A DNA stretch of 63,638 bases, counting the filler, from Sphacelaria rigidula (Eukaryota): NCBI GenBank assembly GCA_964200075.2. It is 5 parts of 5 records of this genome, joined end to end, with 100 filler letters (N's around TTAATTAATTAA, not from the genome) between each part and the next. Parts side by side here need not be neighbours in the genome. Positions count along the whole stretch, not along the records: positions 50,993 to 63,638 come from CAXNAA020003540.1; 4 more parts are not named here. One strand, written 5' to 3'. Within the stretch, counting starts at the first letter, position 1. Every line of letters begins with the position of its first letter. The notes beneath the pieces were generated by a model. The model did not search any database. It was given only the letters and a program-made list of their open reading frames with translations, and was not told the origin of the DNA. Of the stretch, positions 51,061 through 63,591 are shown in pieces. A program made the translations under genes and the position numbers.

Positions 51061-53180
51061 GGCATGCGACGGTGATTGTGTGTATGTGTTTGTGTTCTAC
51101 AAAACGCACGGTTACATGCACACACACGTCCACGTGGTGCACACAGACGTGTTATCTCGACGGACTTGCGACTTCTGCGTGAGGGCGCCAAAGCCATTAG
51201 TTCTGAGTGTCGTGCCGAAGCGGTGTTTCGCGGTAGAACTCGGGCATACGGCTCAAGACTCTCCAAGATAATCTATCTCTTGGGAGCCAACCCCCAACTA
51301 TCGACCCTGAGGTACTCACCGGTAATATGTGCTTTGGTTCATCGACAATGACAAGAACCAGAGAGTGAGGACCCCGGTATACATGGTACGTGATTATTTG
51401 GCGTGGTTCCCGCTCTAACAGAGAGGAGCCGCTCGGGAGCGTCGGACTTACCGCCATTTAAGGGTTCGCCGGCGGTATTGTTCCGAAACGAGATCTGTGG
51501 CGTAAGGAGCTAACCGTGTCAACGCTCGCGTGTGCCATTCTGTTGACTCGGCATGATGTTCACCTGGAAAATGACTTGTCAGACTCAATCTGTCCATCTG
51601 CGGACGCTTAAAGGGGTGGGGGGGGGAAGTGAGGCGATGGTTCCGGCATACTTGTGAAGCCGAGACTCACCGCTTGTAGTAGTTTTGGGGCAGTGTGGTA
51701 CGCCTCTATTTGCTCCCTGCGCTCACTACACAACGGTGCACGGTATTGGTATCGTCGAGTCCTCTGGAGATGGAGCACGATACGCGCTCGTACTGCTGAC
51801 AGACCTAGCAGGAGGTACGCTCTACCGCAGAAGATTCGTAGGGCACTGATGAGAGTCTTGAGAGGTTCCTCCACCCAACATGATGAGCCGCAAAATGAAC
51901 ATACGCACACACGTACACATAGGTGCGCATACATCATATACGTATGCATACGCGCGTACATGTACGTACACACACACACAAATGGGCATTGTTGGTGTAC
52001 AAGCTGGAGCGGCGTGCCCCTGTCAGTCAGTCAGTACCTCGGGTGACTGAGAACAAGACGTCCCTGGGTGGTGACGAGTTGGACAAACCGAGATTTCGTC
52101 GGGGGACCAAGATCTTTTGTTGCGTTTCCCAAAAAGTCTCGTTCATGACGACCGAAAATCTCACCGACATGTGTTTACAAAAAACATTTTTTTGGTGTGT
52201 TGACCGCGGCAGCTCCCCGATGAAAGACCGACATTGGTAAAATATTCTCCTTTTTTTTTGCGTTTCGCGGGGATGTTGCTTGCCGTGAAATATGGTACAG
52301 CAGCATCGGACAAATACGGGACACGAGAGAGCTTCACGCTGTCTTGAGCGGGCAGTTGCGATACGCATCAGCCGTTCAGCCCATAACTGTAGACCATGAT
52401 CATGTCGGTATCGATGTCTGGAATTCCGAGACAGATGTCATTTCGAATTAATGCTGACGGCTCGTGTCACCATGAGGTCCATGTGCGTGACCCGGAGCAG
52501 TACGAGCTTATGATTATACGGATAATGCTTTGTTCTTGAGACAACTGAAGATTAGTTCTTCATCAGGCCAAATAATTACAGGACGGTCAGTGAGTGCACA
52601 TGAACGCAGTGCTTGGATTGCACAGGGCAAACGCATGATGCCACACAGTCGACATGGACAGGCAGGAGGAAGACCTGCCCAGTAGCCTGCTTATTCCGTA
52701 GGAACAATCTCCTGCCTGATTTCGATCACGACGTATCTGTGTGTTTTCGGATCGCCCAAATTTGCACTTGAGTCGTCAACATTTTTTTGCAAAGCGCACA
52801 GTCTTATCTCATCTTGGCCCATCTTGACCTAAGAATCGACCCCCCCCCTGTTCTTGGTCTCGCAATTCCTCGTCGCATTCCAACCATGGATGTAACTGTT
52901 ACATTGCCCTGTCCAAACGGGCGTTGCCCTCCCCGCATCATGGCAAGGTGTCGTGCTAGCGGAGGAGTCACCATATCCAGCCCAGAATTCATCAACCTCT
53001 CGACCAGTGCATCTTGCCGAACGTGATACGATGTTGATATTTTCCTCGCCGGTCAGTTTGTCGGACACCAGGAAGCACCTTTGTTTCCTCTCAGCGGAAC
53101 TCGGAATTTTCTCCCTTGTCATGACACAGGGTCGGAGCATGACCAAAGCTAACGTGTAAATATCGTGGCCGCACGCGCAG

Positions 53181-53342
53181 GTGACAGGCGAGTTCGTACG
53201 ATTGTTCAAGATGAGATCTCAGCTCGATCAGCTGCTGTTCCCGGAGATGCTGGGCAAGGCTATCATAATCAATACGCCCAGTCTGTTCAGCTACGTCTGG
53301 GCGATGCTCGCTCCCATGGTTGACGCCCGCACACGATCGAAG
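53181..53342 (+). CDS. CRAL-TRIO/Sec14 domain exon (first recognisable exon; upstream exons not found)
   Basis: CAG|GTG...AAG|GTCAGA. DQLLFPEMLGKAIIINTPSLFSYVWAMLAPMVDARTRSK matches the Sec14 motif YPE.L....IIN.P..F...W....P..D..T..K. Confidence 0.9.
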
Positions 53343-53824
53343 GTCAGACGGTTCTTGTGGTATTCGGGTAGCCATACTATACACACGATACCACACCACC
53401 TTGTACTTGTGGTCTTACCGTCAGAGGAAGTAATACAATTCTGTTTCGAGAAGTCATAACCTTGTCACAACGTTGGAGTTCCAGCTAAGTGAGCGAGCGC
53501 CCTTGACAATGCTAGTGAACTGTGTTCCTGCAGATGCTCCGAAGATCGCCCCTTGAAAAGTTTAACAGGGTGAATGTTCGGGAAGTTTCCCCCGCAGACC
53601 GCTACTCATTTCAATAATTTTTACTCTTCCGCGAATTGTAACATCAACCATTCCGTGTACCATATGTTGTACCCCATACGTACACCACCGTCAAACGTTT
53701 GGGCAAGCTCCTAGACTGAAGTTGAAGTCCCCCGCCCGCTCCCCCCAGTTGACGGTATGAAGAAACATCTTCCTGCTTCCCAAATTCTATCAATTTTATA
53801 TATTCGCAAATTGATTTCTCGCAG

Positions 53825-54610
53825 GTCGCTGTGATCTCGCGACCAGCAGACTACAAAGCAGCTTTGCTCGATATCGCAGACGCCGATCAGATCTCCCCGG
53901 AATACGGAGGCACCGGCCGACGGCTTGCTGACCTTGCCTCCCTCGGAGACGCTCTCCTGGCCGCCGGCAACCCCGGCAGTGGCGGCGGTAACGGTAGCAG
54001 CGACCACCACTCGGTAGCAGCTGGCGGACGTACTGATCATTCTAGCGTGTCGGGTGGCCGACGGGGCGGTGATGGTCATGGTGGGGGCCAGGTTGAATCC
54101 GACGGTGAGATGGAGAGGGGAGGAAGTCAAGCACGTCCAGAGCTTTGTGTCGGTGTGGACGCCGCAGTAATGGTGGAGAATGCCGACGGCGGCGACGGTC
54201 GCGGCGGCGGCCGTAGGTCTTCTTCCACGGATGTGGTGGATGAGGGTAATGGTGGGCGACGGAGCATAGTTGTCGGCGTGGGTCCTAGTGATAGCCACTC
54301 CCCCGGAGGATCCGGGGTGTACCGTAATCCCACGACGACTGGTGACTGTAGCTCTGGCTTCATGACTTCCCCTACTCCCGACAATTTAAGGCGGCGTGGG
54401 GGGGTCAGGCTCGTCCCGGAGGAGAAGGCGCAGGGGAAAGAGCGGAGCGGCGATACCGAAGGGTGGTTCTCTGGAAATTGGGGCGTGTTTAGTCGTGCAT
54501 GGTGGTTTGGGGAGGAAAACGGGCGGCAGGGTACAGCTGGGGAGAGGAAGGCTACGGCGGAGGAAGGAGATATGAAATATGACTCGAGTGGTTCACCCGA
54601 TGAGGAAGAG
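53825..54610 (+). CDS. Exon: CRAL-TRIO C-terminal end plus Gly/Ser-rich linker
   Basis: TTTCTCGCAG|GTC, donor GAG|GTGCGT, phase 0/0. LLDIADADQISPEYGG matches the Sec14 end motif (I...QLP.EYGG). Confidence 0.85.
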
Positions 54611-55307
54611 GTGCGTGTGGTGTGCTATTACACGGGGAGCTGCTCTATCTTTGTTTTGTAGTGAACATACGCTGGGCAGCAGACAACATGACACTGCGGT
54701 GTTACACAGCAGCATTGTTGTTCGTCAATACAAAAGAATGCGCGTACATGATTCGGATTTTGAGGAAGAGAGGGCCGGTTGACCTGCACGTGTGTGTGTG
54801 TGTCTAGTCGGTGCTTCGATATGGTCGGCGGGGTGAGCAAGAATGCTCTCGTTGTAGGCAGCCGCCGCGGGGTGCGTTTTTCGTCGCGATGGTTGTAAGT
54901 CGACTTGACTGTGGCAAAAAAAAACGTGGTACAGGTGCTTTCTTTTACTGTTTGCCCAGGCGTAAGAGGACAGTAGCGAAAAAAACACTTTGAAAAGCAA
55001 GCAAGCAAACAATAGCGACAGAGATCAAGAGGCGATCGCATCATGAGAGCATGCATCTGACTGCGATTCGTTTTGTGTTTTGCCGGCTATACGAAGGTAG
55101 GATAGTCATGATCTTGCGCCACTACTGTGCGGATGTCCGATGCTACTGCGCCACTCTCAACCCGTGCTCAGGGATCGGCGCGAATATCCCAGGATGCGCA
55201 GCGCTTGTTTGCCCCTGAAAAAACAACGTCTCTTGTTTTCCCCCACTCAAGTTTATTGTCGTTATGTTTGCGACACGACCTCCCGAAAAAATCGTGAGTT
55301 GACCCAG

Positions 55308-55895
55308 TTCTTCGACGCGCTCAACGAGCTGGACTATCAGGCCCAGCGCGACAGCTGGGATGGCACACTAACATATTTGGTTCCATCTCGCTCTGTCCGT
55401 GAGGATAGCAACCAGCCGCCACACGATGGGGGCCGTGGTCGGTCGGGAAGTTCGAGGAGAAGCCACGGCGGCAAATATGCGCCAAATATAAAAAGAAACG
55501 GCGGCGATGTTGAAAACGGAGGCTTCGCTTCTCCCGCAGTCGCCGATACCGACGACGGCGACAACGACGGTAGCAGCGGCAACCGTACGAGCAAATTTTC
55601 AATTTTTTCCTGGTTGCGCAGTTACTGGGGACGGGAGGCGTCATGGTACAATGGCGACGACGACGACGACGACAACTCCCATAGCTCGAGGTCGGGTACG
55701 TCAGCGCAACAGCAGCGGCGGCAACACGGGCAACGCTGGTCGGCGGGCGAAACAACGACGGCTGTAAGCCGAGGAAAGGCCGACGGTTCCCGGGGGAAGT
55801 GCAGGGCTGCAAACCCGGCCCCATATATGTCAGCAGCGCTGGGGTGGTGCTGCAAGCCGGCTTTGCGGGCCCTGGGGCGTAGGAGCATAGACACG
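55308..55895 (+). CDS. Exon: FFAT-like motif plus low-complexity linker
   Basis: CCCAG|TTCTTCGACGCG in frame with ORF 55140-55928. Proposed GC donor ACG|GCAAGT gives phase 0. Confidence 0.65.
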
Positions 55896-56461
55896 GCAAG
55901 TGTCTACACCCTGTACAATTATCCGTGACATTGGAAAACCAAATATACCGTTTCGTAAAAACGATGAAGCAAGTTGTCCGAAGGCCAGAGAATTCGCTGG
56001 CGATGTCTTGCGGTGTCGCATAGCACAGCAGTTCCAGCGTAATGCTTTGCAATCAAAAGATTCCCAAGGCAAGTGTCGAGTACACTGGAAGAAGGCAAGC
56101 GGCGGTGAAAGTGCCTCGTTGTCCTGAGCGTGCGAGTTACGAGTGACGGAAATGGTGTATGAACCTACGTGAGCGCTACTTTTAGTGATGGTGAACATGA
56201 GCACAAGCCCCTGCCCCCCCTTGATTGTTTTCAGCACTTGAATCAACATATACCTGGCTTTGTTATTCGTGGCTGGGCAAAATCTGCTCTACCGTAATGA
56301 ATTTCGAACAAGTGTTGACATAGACCCGCCCAGTTTTGTACAATTACCGGGATGGGTCTCGAAGTCTATCCCGAGTACTTTGAAATACTACTTCATCCCC
56401 TGTCGGTTGTTCATGCCTACTCTAAACTCGTGTTTAGGGTTAATCCCCTCCCCCTTGTCGT

Positions 56462-56665
56462 CAAACAGGACGGGGATAATATATGTAGAAGGTTTTTGTG
56501 TAATGTATGGAAGAAACGTAATGACATATGGAAGAAAACGTCATGAGCGCCGGAATGTTGGAGGTGTCTCTATTAGGAGTAGGAACTCACGTGCTCCATC
56601 TCGAAAGGGATGCGTGGTCAATGATCAAACGACTAAGGCAAGCAAAAAATGAGTACGCACCCCCC
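56462..56665 (+). mobile_element. Intronic non-LTR retrotransposon 3' fragment with C-rich end
   Basis: Colinear with 5776-5954. Confidence 0.7.
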
Positions 56666-56712
56666 GTCCCCCGCCGCGACCGCCTTGCGTCCCCATCCTC
56701 CTGGTGCCACAG

Positions 56713-57051
56713 TTGGCACGGTGGCTCTGCATTGCAAACGCTGTGTCTTCACTGTTGGCCGTAGGCTGCATCGTGGCGGGGACATTCAGTGTGTCCACTT
56801 CTTGGCTGGGCGCACTCCTCGGTTGGCAGTTGGGGGCCATCGTAGCCGTCTGTCTTGGCTCGCTGCTTCTTCTGCTGGCCCTGATGGGCACCGGCGGGGC
56901 ACGCTTGCGGAACCATTTTACTCTCCTGGGGTTTGCAGTTCTAGAGGCAGTCGTGGCCTCTGGCACGTTGCTAATGAGTGTTTGGTGCCTTGCTCTGGCG
57001 AGTGGGATCGCTGAGGTGTCGGACTTGACCTGGGAGTACATTGATAAGGAG
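56713..57051 (+). CDS. Exon: tetraspanin-like TM1-TM3
   Basis: CCACAG|TTG...GAG|GTGAGG. LCIANAVSSLLAVG..G / LGSLLLLLALMGTGGARLRNHFTL resembles tetraspanin N..., G..GA..N..L. Confidence 0.8.
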
Positions 57052-57384
57052 GTGAGGCCGTCTGGGTGTTGTTATAGGTAGTGGTGGTTTGGGAGAGTGG
57101 GTTGTCGGTTACTATGTGTCGTGAGGGGCGCTGTTTCGGCGTTGATTGGGCGTTGGGTCTCGTATGTGGTTGGTGGTTCCGGCATAATAAACAGTCGTCC
57201 TTTCAACGGGTATATGTGATAGCGGCTGCATGGAATGTCCCCGAATCGTGCAGCTCACGCGCTCTCTAGGCAGAACATAACCCCGTGGCGCTTCCCTACC
57301 CACCGCCACCGCTCCTTTCCCCCGTCACTTGTTTATGCCATCATGCCACCAACACAACCGCCAAATTACCGCTCACACTCGCAG

Positions 57385-57653
57385 CGAAATCCTTCAGTAA
57401 CGAAGGGGCAGTTCCTCGACGGCGCACGGGACAGGCTGGTTGCCGTCGGTTGGTCCGGGCTGACGCTGTCCATTTTCTCGATGTTGGGACCGTGTCTGCT
57501 GGCGGTGGCATTGTCCAACAAGATCAGGCAGGTGGAGGGGATGGAGGAAGGGACACGGAGAAATTCTGACGGGAAGAAGAGGTCCAGGCAGCTGCGACGA
57601 TGGTTTCAGGAGACGAATGCGCTGCTGACGGCGTTCGCATGCGTTTGTACGGG
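57385..57653 (+). CDS. Exon: TM4 and start of second TM repeat
   Basis: CTCGCAG|CGA...GG|GTAAGT, phase 0 to 2. Confidence 0.8.
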
Positions 57654-58310
57654 GTAAGTAGTCTCGGCGGGGGGAGGGGGCAGCGGCAGCGCGATGGCCC
57701 AACTTGAGGTTCCGCGGGGGTGCTATTCAAGATGCTGTGGTCCTTTTATTCTTGGGTCTGTCAAGGGAGGGTAAGGGGAACTGATGGGGAGGTGATCTGT
57801 GTAAGGAATTTGCAAATTTTATCTTGAATGGAATATGTCGTCTGATTTTGGGGTGAGTATAGTTGTTACTACTCGGGAGATTTATTTGGATTGGTTGATC
57901 GATCAGTTATCTCGTGTAAACTGATGAGTTACGAATCCGGCCGTGCTCAAAATATGAATGTACCCGAGGTATATGAGCGTAATTACTCGCTCAAAATCCA
58001 CTTGATCGAGAAAAGAGAATGAAACAAAGAAGCGATGCGAAGAAAAAGAGAGCAAAACGGAAGAAGAGAGGATGAGAGAATAGCCGAACTAGACGAAGCC
58101 GTTGACGTAGAGCTACGTCAAGGTCGGGACTGAGTTGATCTCGTAGTTAGCCCAACAGGTTCAAACACGCTACATTGCACGATTCACACGACTCCCAGTT
58201 TCCCCGGCTCAATCGCATCTCGCCCTCACCGCCACTGACACCATGCTTGACCTTTATTTACTGTTACGCTATTTCACTGCCGCCTGTCCTCGCAAAACAC
58301 AACAACAAAG

Positions 58311-58420
58311 CTACGGGGGTTATGGGCTGTCATTCACCATCTCCGTCGGCCTTGCCGCGAGCGCGACAAGCACGTACCTCATGCTGGCGGGCGGCTACAT
58401 CCTGCTCCTAGGTGGCATAG
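58311..58420 (+). CDS. Exon: TM segment
   Basis: AAG|CTAC...ATAG|GTGAAG, phase 2 to 1. YGGYGLSFTISVGLAASATSTYLMLAGGYILLLGGI. Confidence 0.7.
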
Positions 58421-58751
58421 GTGAAGCCTGCTGCACTCACCGTATCAGATCCAGACAGTGGTACGGCGTATATAGGCGCGCGCATGGAGAGGGGGGGCGG
58501 GGGGTTGCGTAAGGGAGCATGTCTACTCAGCCGCAGCACGATCCAGCCTAGCGCTTTCACGCCGTGACATACGTAACAGATTGTGGTGATTCTTGACTGA
58601 TCAGATCTCGTAACACCCACCGCTGCACAGACAGTGAACAAGTACGGCTGTAGAAGTACATGGGAGCTTCCTTTGCTTTGACAAGTCAGTCTCGTGACAC
58701 CCGCGGCCGGCCCTCTCCTGTCCGCCTCCCCCTGAAACGTAATCTGAACAG

Positions 58752-59292
58752 TCGGCGCTTGGGCGGCTTCGAGCTCTCGCCCGGACGCCTACCGGCTGCA
58801 CTTCGGCACCCTCCTGCCGGCGGGCGCGTTGTACGCGGCCCTCACGGTCACGCAGCTTGTTCGCGCCAAAACCAGTAACGCGGACGTCCAGCAGGCGTGG
58901 CATAGCCTCACCCCAGGCAGCCATGATTTGTCTATGGTGCAAGCGAAAGCCAGAACGATCCTTATCGTGGGCGGTGTGCTCAGCGCTGTTACCACGGTGC
59001 TGATTGTCGCTGCGATTGTGGCGTCGAGGGCGACGCGATCCGCTCTGCTGAGTATTGAAGGCAGTAGTGTTGGGTATTCGACTGGCGACGGGCGGCGCCG
59101 ACGCCGGCGGCGGTTCAAGACCTCGTTGACGAGAAGAGATAAAATGGTCGCTGCGTGGGCCTTGGCTTTGGCTGCGACTTCTACATTCCTGGACGGGAGC
59201 TTTGCAGTGTTCAGCGCGTGGTTGGCGATGGATAGGAAGCAGTCGGTATGGCTGGTGGCTTTTTGGCAGGCGATGGGAAGGGGGGACCGGCG
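58752..59292 (+). CDS. Exon: multiple TM segments and Arg-rich loop
   Basis: AACAG|TC...CG|GTGAGC, phase 1 to 2, in frame with ORF 58829-59296. Confidence 0.8.
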
Positions 59293-59791
59293 GTGAGCTG
59301 ATTTGTGATTTTGACCAATGCTTACCACGGGGCGGGGTCACCGCGCGTAGGCGGTGGTTGTTATCGAAGCTTGCGGTGTTTGGGGAGTGTCAGGCAGGTA
59401 GCATTACAGCAGGTGGCACTTCCCTACGTGTGGCCGGACCAAAAATGTGTTTTGTACTGGCGGTTTGTTTAGGCAACCAGTGAAGGGCGCTGTTCATTTC
59501 TCACCAAGGAGGCACCGACGAACCACTAGGTCTGATTATGCCCGTGTGCTTGGTCCGAGTGCGAAATAGTCCGCCGTTGAATCCCGAACTTCCACCCACC
59601 ACAAGGATTGCGTCAACGGCACCCCGAGTTTGAACGGCGCGATGTTTTCCTCCCGAAATCTTGAGTTCTTCGTGAGAGAAAATACTGATTATGCTAGTTT
59701 TCATGACCTTGCCCTACCCACCCCCACGCCCCTCCCCTTCTTGCTTGTGGTCAACCTTTGGTCGGTCCACGGGGAACAACCATCCGCACAG

Positions 59792-60326
59792 TTACGTGGA
59801 GGGGGACACTTTTGTGGTCGCAACCGCGATAATTGTCGCCGCGGTGGTGGGTCCGGGGGCTCTGCTGTACGCCTGGGCGGTGTATTGCCGCAAGGGGTTC
59901 CGTTTCTCAGTAGGTATACTCGTGTGCTCAGCGTCTCTCTACACACAGCTTCTGCGGTACGTCACCAAGTCAAGTGGACAAAGCGCTTCAGAGGGTGAGG
60001 GTGTAGGTGGTGGAGGGGGTGGCGGGTGGGAGGAGAATTACGCGGTGTTCGTCGCCGCTTCTGTTTTCCTAGCTCTGTTACAGATCTGCGGCGCCTCGGC
60101 TGTCCTCGTCTACAACATTCGAGGCATGTCCAAGAGAGTACACGCGGCCGAGGTTCAGTACAAGGCGTTACTTATCGAGCACGATAGGCTAGAGAGCACG
60201 ACTAGTGCCAGGCAGCAGGTCGGGCGTGCTGCCAGGGGTCGAAGTGAGCGGCAGCAGCAGGATACTGAAACGAAATGCCGGCGCCGCAGCGGCGGGCTAG
60301 GGACCGTGGCAGAGCAGAAGGCGTAG
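59792..60326 (+). CDS. Terminal exon: three TM segments and charged tail
   Basis: CACAG|TTAC phase 2, stop TAG 60324-60326. The 8 exons sum to 3330 nt (1110 codons) with no frame conflict. Confidence 0.8.
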
Positions 60327-61628
60327 ACGAAAAAACATAAGAAGACAGCCTTCATATACATCTGTGACGGTGCCTTGTGCGAGATGTTCTATGGCTGATG
60401 TTGCTACCCTGGCGCATAGATTCTCGTCGTGTACACGAGGTCAAATAGTTGTGCAAATAAGTTGGTGCTGGGACTGTACGAGAAGCTGTGCTAAAAGTGG
60501 CTTATGAACATACCACGCTGCCTCATACGAATATGGCAAGAGGCGGCGCGGGTCTACCGTTGCCGGCGGTAGCGCGGTGTGGGCATGCCAATCAAACGTC
60601 TGAGAGTGCTGCAGCGGCGAGTAGAATTTTTGCTGTTTTTTTGCGGTATGTTTCATTTTTGACAAAAAGCTCGAAAGGGGGAAGTACCTATGGATCGTTG
60701 GTATTTCGAGTGGGCGTGTTGTGCTTTGTATAACTTGTCTGTTCTTCCCGGATTCGCCTGGACAGTGTTTGGTTCGGTATTTGTGTTTCTTGTGAAGATA
60801 TGTGGTTGTCACACCATCGCATGCGAGGAACGTATGTTTTTTTGTGTGTGCCTAGAGTCCCCCTATAAGGAGTTGTTTGTCCTGAGTGTCGTCGTTTTTA
60901 TCTGTGCCCGACGCTGTGCTTGTTTTTGGTCTGCGCGACTTTTTGCGTGCAACAGATGTGCACCTAGCATGGCGTAGCAATCGCTCGTCGACCGATTTGT
61001 CGATTAGATACCGGTGTCTCCGGCAGCAGCACTTGTTCGCCGTGGCATGCTGTAGGTATGATGCTGTGCTCAGTAGACGTTCGAGCTTCCAGTCTTGGGA
61101 TTGGGCATTTGGACCTCCAACGCTTGCACACTGGATTTGTAAATTTAAGAAGTGGTGGTGTGATCAGATGAGAAAATTAAGACATGAAGTCTACAGTACT
61201 GTCACAGCATCATCCCTGTAGACATTGAGGCCCAAGAACAACTGAACGGTTCTCTTCCAACTCTGGTTTTGTTACTCGGCACTTATTTCCCCAATGACTA
61301 AATCTGGGAACGGAGAAGTCCCGCGCTGCGACATTTCGCCTCATTTCCCTGGTCTAGCGGATCCATACATGAGGACGTTGTATCGAAATATGCAAGAACG
61401 TCAGCGTTGAAACGCTCAGTAGCCAGATTTGACCGCACGACAGTAACGCGAGGTTCTGGGGAATGACCATTGTAGGTAACCAAGGTCAGTGGCCGATCGG
61501 GCGATTAGGGATCTCCGTTTCTGTGGCTTTGTTTCGTGCAGCAGTCTCGGCTGTGGCTGCCGAAGCCATAGTGTGTACACGATGGCCGCATCCGGCACAC
61601 CTCCGCGCAGGCCATGCTACGTGCACTA

Positions 61629-62092
61629 GTGGCGTTATCACCGCTCGTGCTGATCTCCAACGTTCAGCCTGTTCCGTTGGTGGCGCATATACACGAAGAA
61701 TTTCGACGCACGTTTTGTGCATGCCAATGCACAGTGAGCGGCCTCGCGGCCCAGCCCCCGCTGTTTTAACGTAGGTGCTGTCTCATCCACCAAAAACAAC
61801 TTCCCGAAATCCTTCAAGACAGGCGACCATGTAGCTACTGGACGCTAAAATGATGAGAACACATTGGTGGTGTGATCACCGCTCGTGCTGATCTACATCC
61901 GTCAGCGTGTTCTGTTGGTGGTGCATATACACCAAGAACTACAGTAGACGCGCGCCTTGCGCATGGCAACGCATAGTGAACGGCCCCGCTGTTTTGATGT
62001 TGGCGTTGTCTCATCCACCTGAAACGACTTCCAGGAATCCCCCAAAGACAGGCGGCAATGTAGCAACTGGACGCTAAAACGATTGAAACATG
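61629..62092. repeat. Diverged tandem duplication, ~235-bp unit
   Basis: ATCACCGCTCGTGCTGATCT...GTCTCATCCACC...ACTGGACGCTAAAA occurs twice. Confidence 0.85.
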
Positions 62093-63495
62093 TGCAGCAC
62101 AGGATGTCAATAACTGCAGCATTCCTCCCTAAAGGGCTGATGTGCACACGAGAAGAATCAATCGAATCCGTTCACAACAGGTGCAACCCATTTGCTGAAA
62201 AATCTTGTGCCGTGCCGAGGCAAACAACGCTTTCACATTATTGGACGGGAGATCCCTCTGAAAATATGATGCCTGATTTACAGGGAGGGGAGGGCTGTTC
62301 CCTTTCGGTCAAACAACAGGTGGATACCGAGATAGAGAGTAAGTTCATTGCGTTTAAGCCAGATACCAAAAGCAAGATTAAACGCTAGGGGGCGCGACTC
62401 TCCATCACCAAGGGTTGAAATCACGTTGAACTCGACCCCTTCCACGCTCCACGCAGAAGCAGCTACGAACGTTCAAGTAATGTGCAGCCTCTTCCTCGCG
62501 ACGTGCACCCGCATGGCCGCCCGTTTTAATCCTGCCGTAGTTGTGACCTAGCTGTTGACCCTTCACGTAAAATATCGCCGTGAAAGTCTTGTCCCGTTTG
62601 ATGACATGGGTAATGGCCACCGCATTGCTCTTTGTATGCCGTGTTCTGCTGCTGGCTATGGCGGCCTCGTGAGTGCCATTGCGGAGCACCGCTGCTAGAA
62701 ACACCGTTACGGCCGCCACCATTGCTGTACTTCGCGAATCGAGCAGCGGTCACTCTTTTCCTCAGTTCTTCCACATGCCAGTCCAGATAACCTTCTAACG
62801 CTGGCCCGGTACACAGCAGACCGGTGATGTCCGCGTTCCCGAACATAACGTAGCACCTGACAGTGTTGTTGTCGTCGAAGAATCGAGAGCAGAGGTGTGT
62901 TTGCGTGGGGAGCGGAGCTAGGAAGTAAGGGCACACACGTCCCGAGGTATTCGGCGCCACGTATATCTCGTATTGGCATGGAATTGTCGGTGTGTATCGT
63001 TAATACGTTCTTGACGCGTGTTCGATTCTCGGTGCAACCCGTTCCCTGCGAACAGAGGGACACCGTCCCGGCTTTGTAGTGACGGATCTCCGATGGGGTT
63101 GGCGTTGGTTGGCGATGACGCTGCAAAACACGCCACTCACTGCGTAAGCTAGGCAACCAGGTTACCGATAGTTTTTTACGCACTCGAGTTTTTTTGCGGT
63201 AACCGTGATGGTGGTCGAGCTGGATAATATTGTGCGGAGTGGGAGGACCTCAACTCCGCGCAAAAGAGATGATCGTACTACGTAGTGTTCAAATGGTGAG
63301 ACACCCATGAGACCGTGTGTGAGCCGTGACTGTCTCTGGAAGTGGCGATACCAGAAGATGAATTAGGTAATTGGAGGCTGTCATCCATGTGTAAGATAAT
63401 CAGTACGCTTTGGGCCGAACAATCTCAGCAGGATTCAGGTCATCCTTCATGCGACTCGCCGAACACATCACGGCGCCTCGCACTTGATTATTGAT

Positions 63496-63591
63496 TGCGA
63501 GCCTGGTCCAGCCAAACCCCGGCGTGCCTCGTCCCGGCTTTGAAGGGATGCGAGGTCAACAGTCTTAAGACATGAGTACACCCCCCCCCCC
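63496..63591 (+). mobile_element. Repeat 3' end with CATGAGTACA-(C)n
   Basis: Copy of 47823-47931. Confidence 0.6.

Noticed and set aside
50993-53180. Upstream CRAL-TRIO exons
   Set aside because: No segment with the expected D(L/M)xG motif and compatible splice sites found; probably off the contig
53711-59341. Minus-strand ORFs of 195, 243, 246 and 179 aa
   Set aside because: Antisense shadows of GC-rich exons of the plus-strand gene
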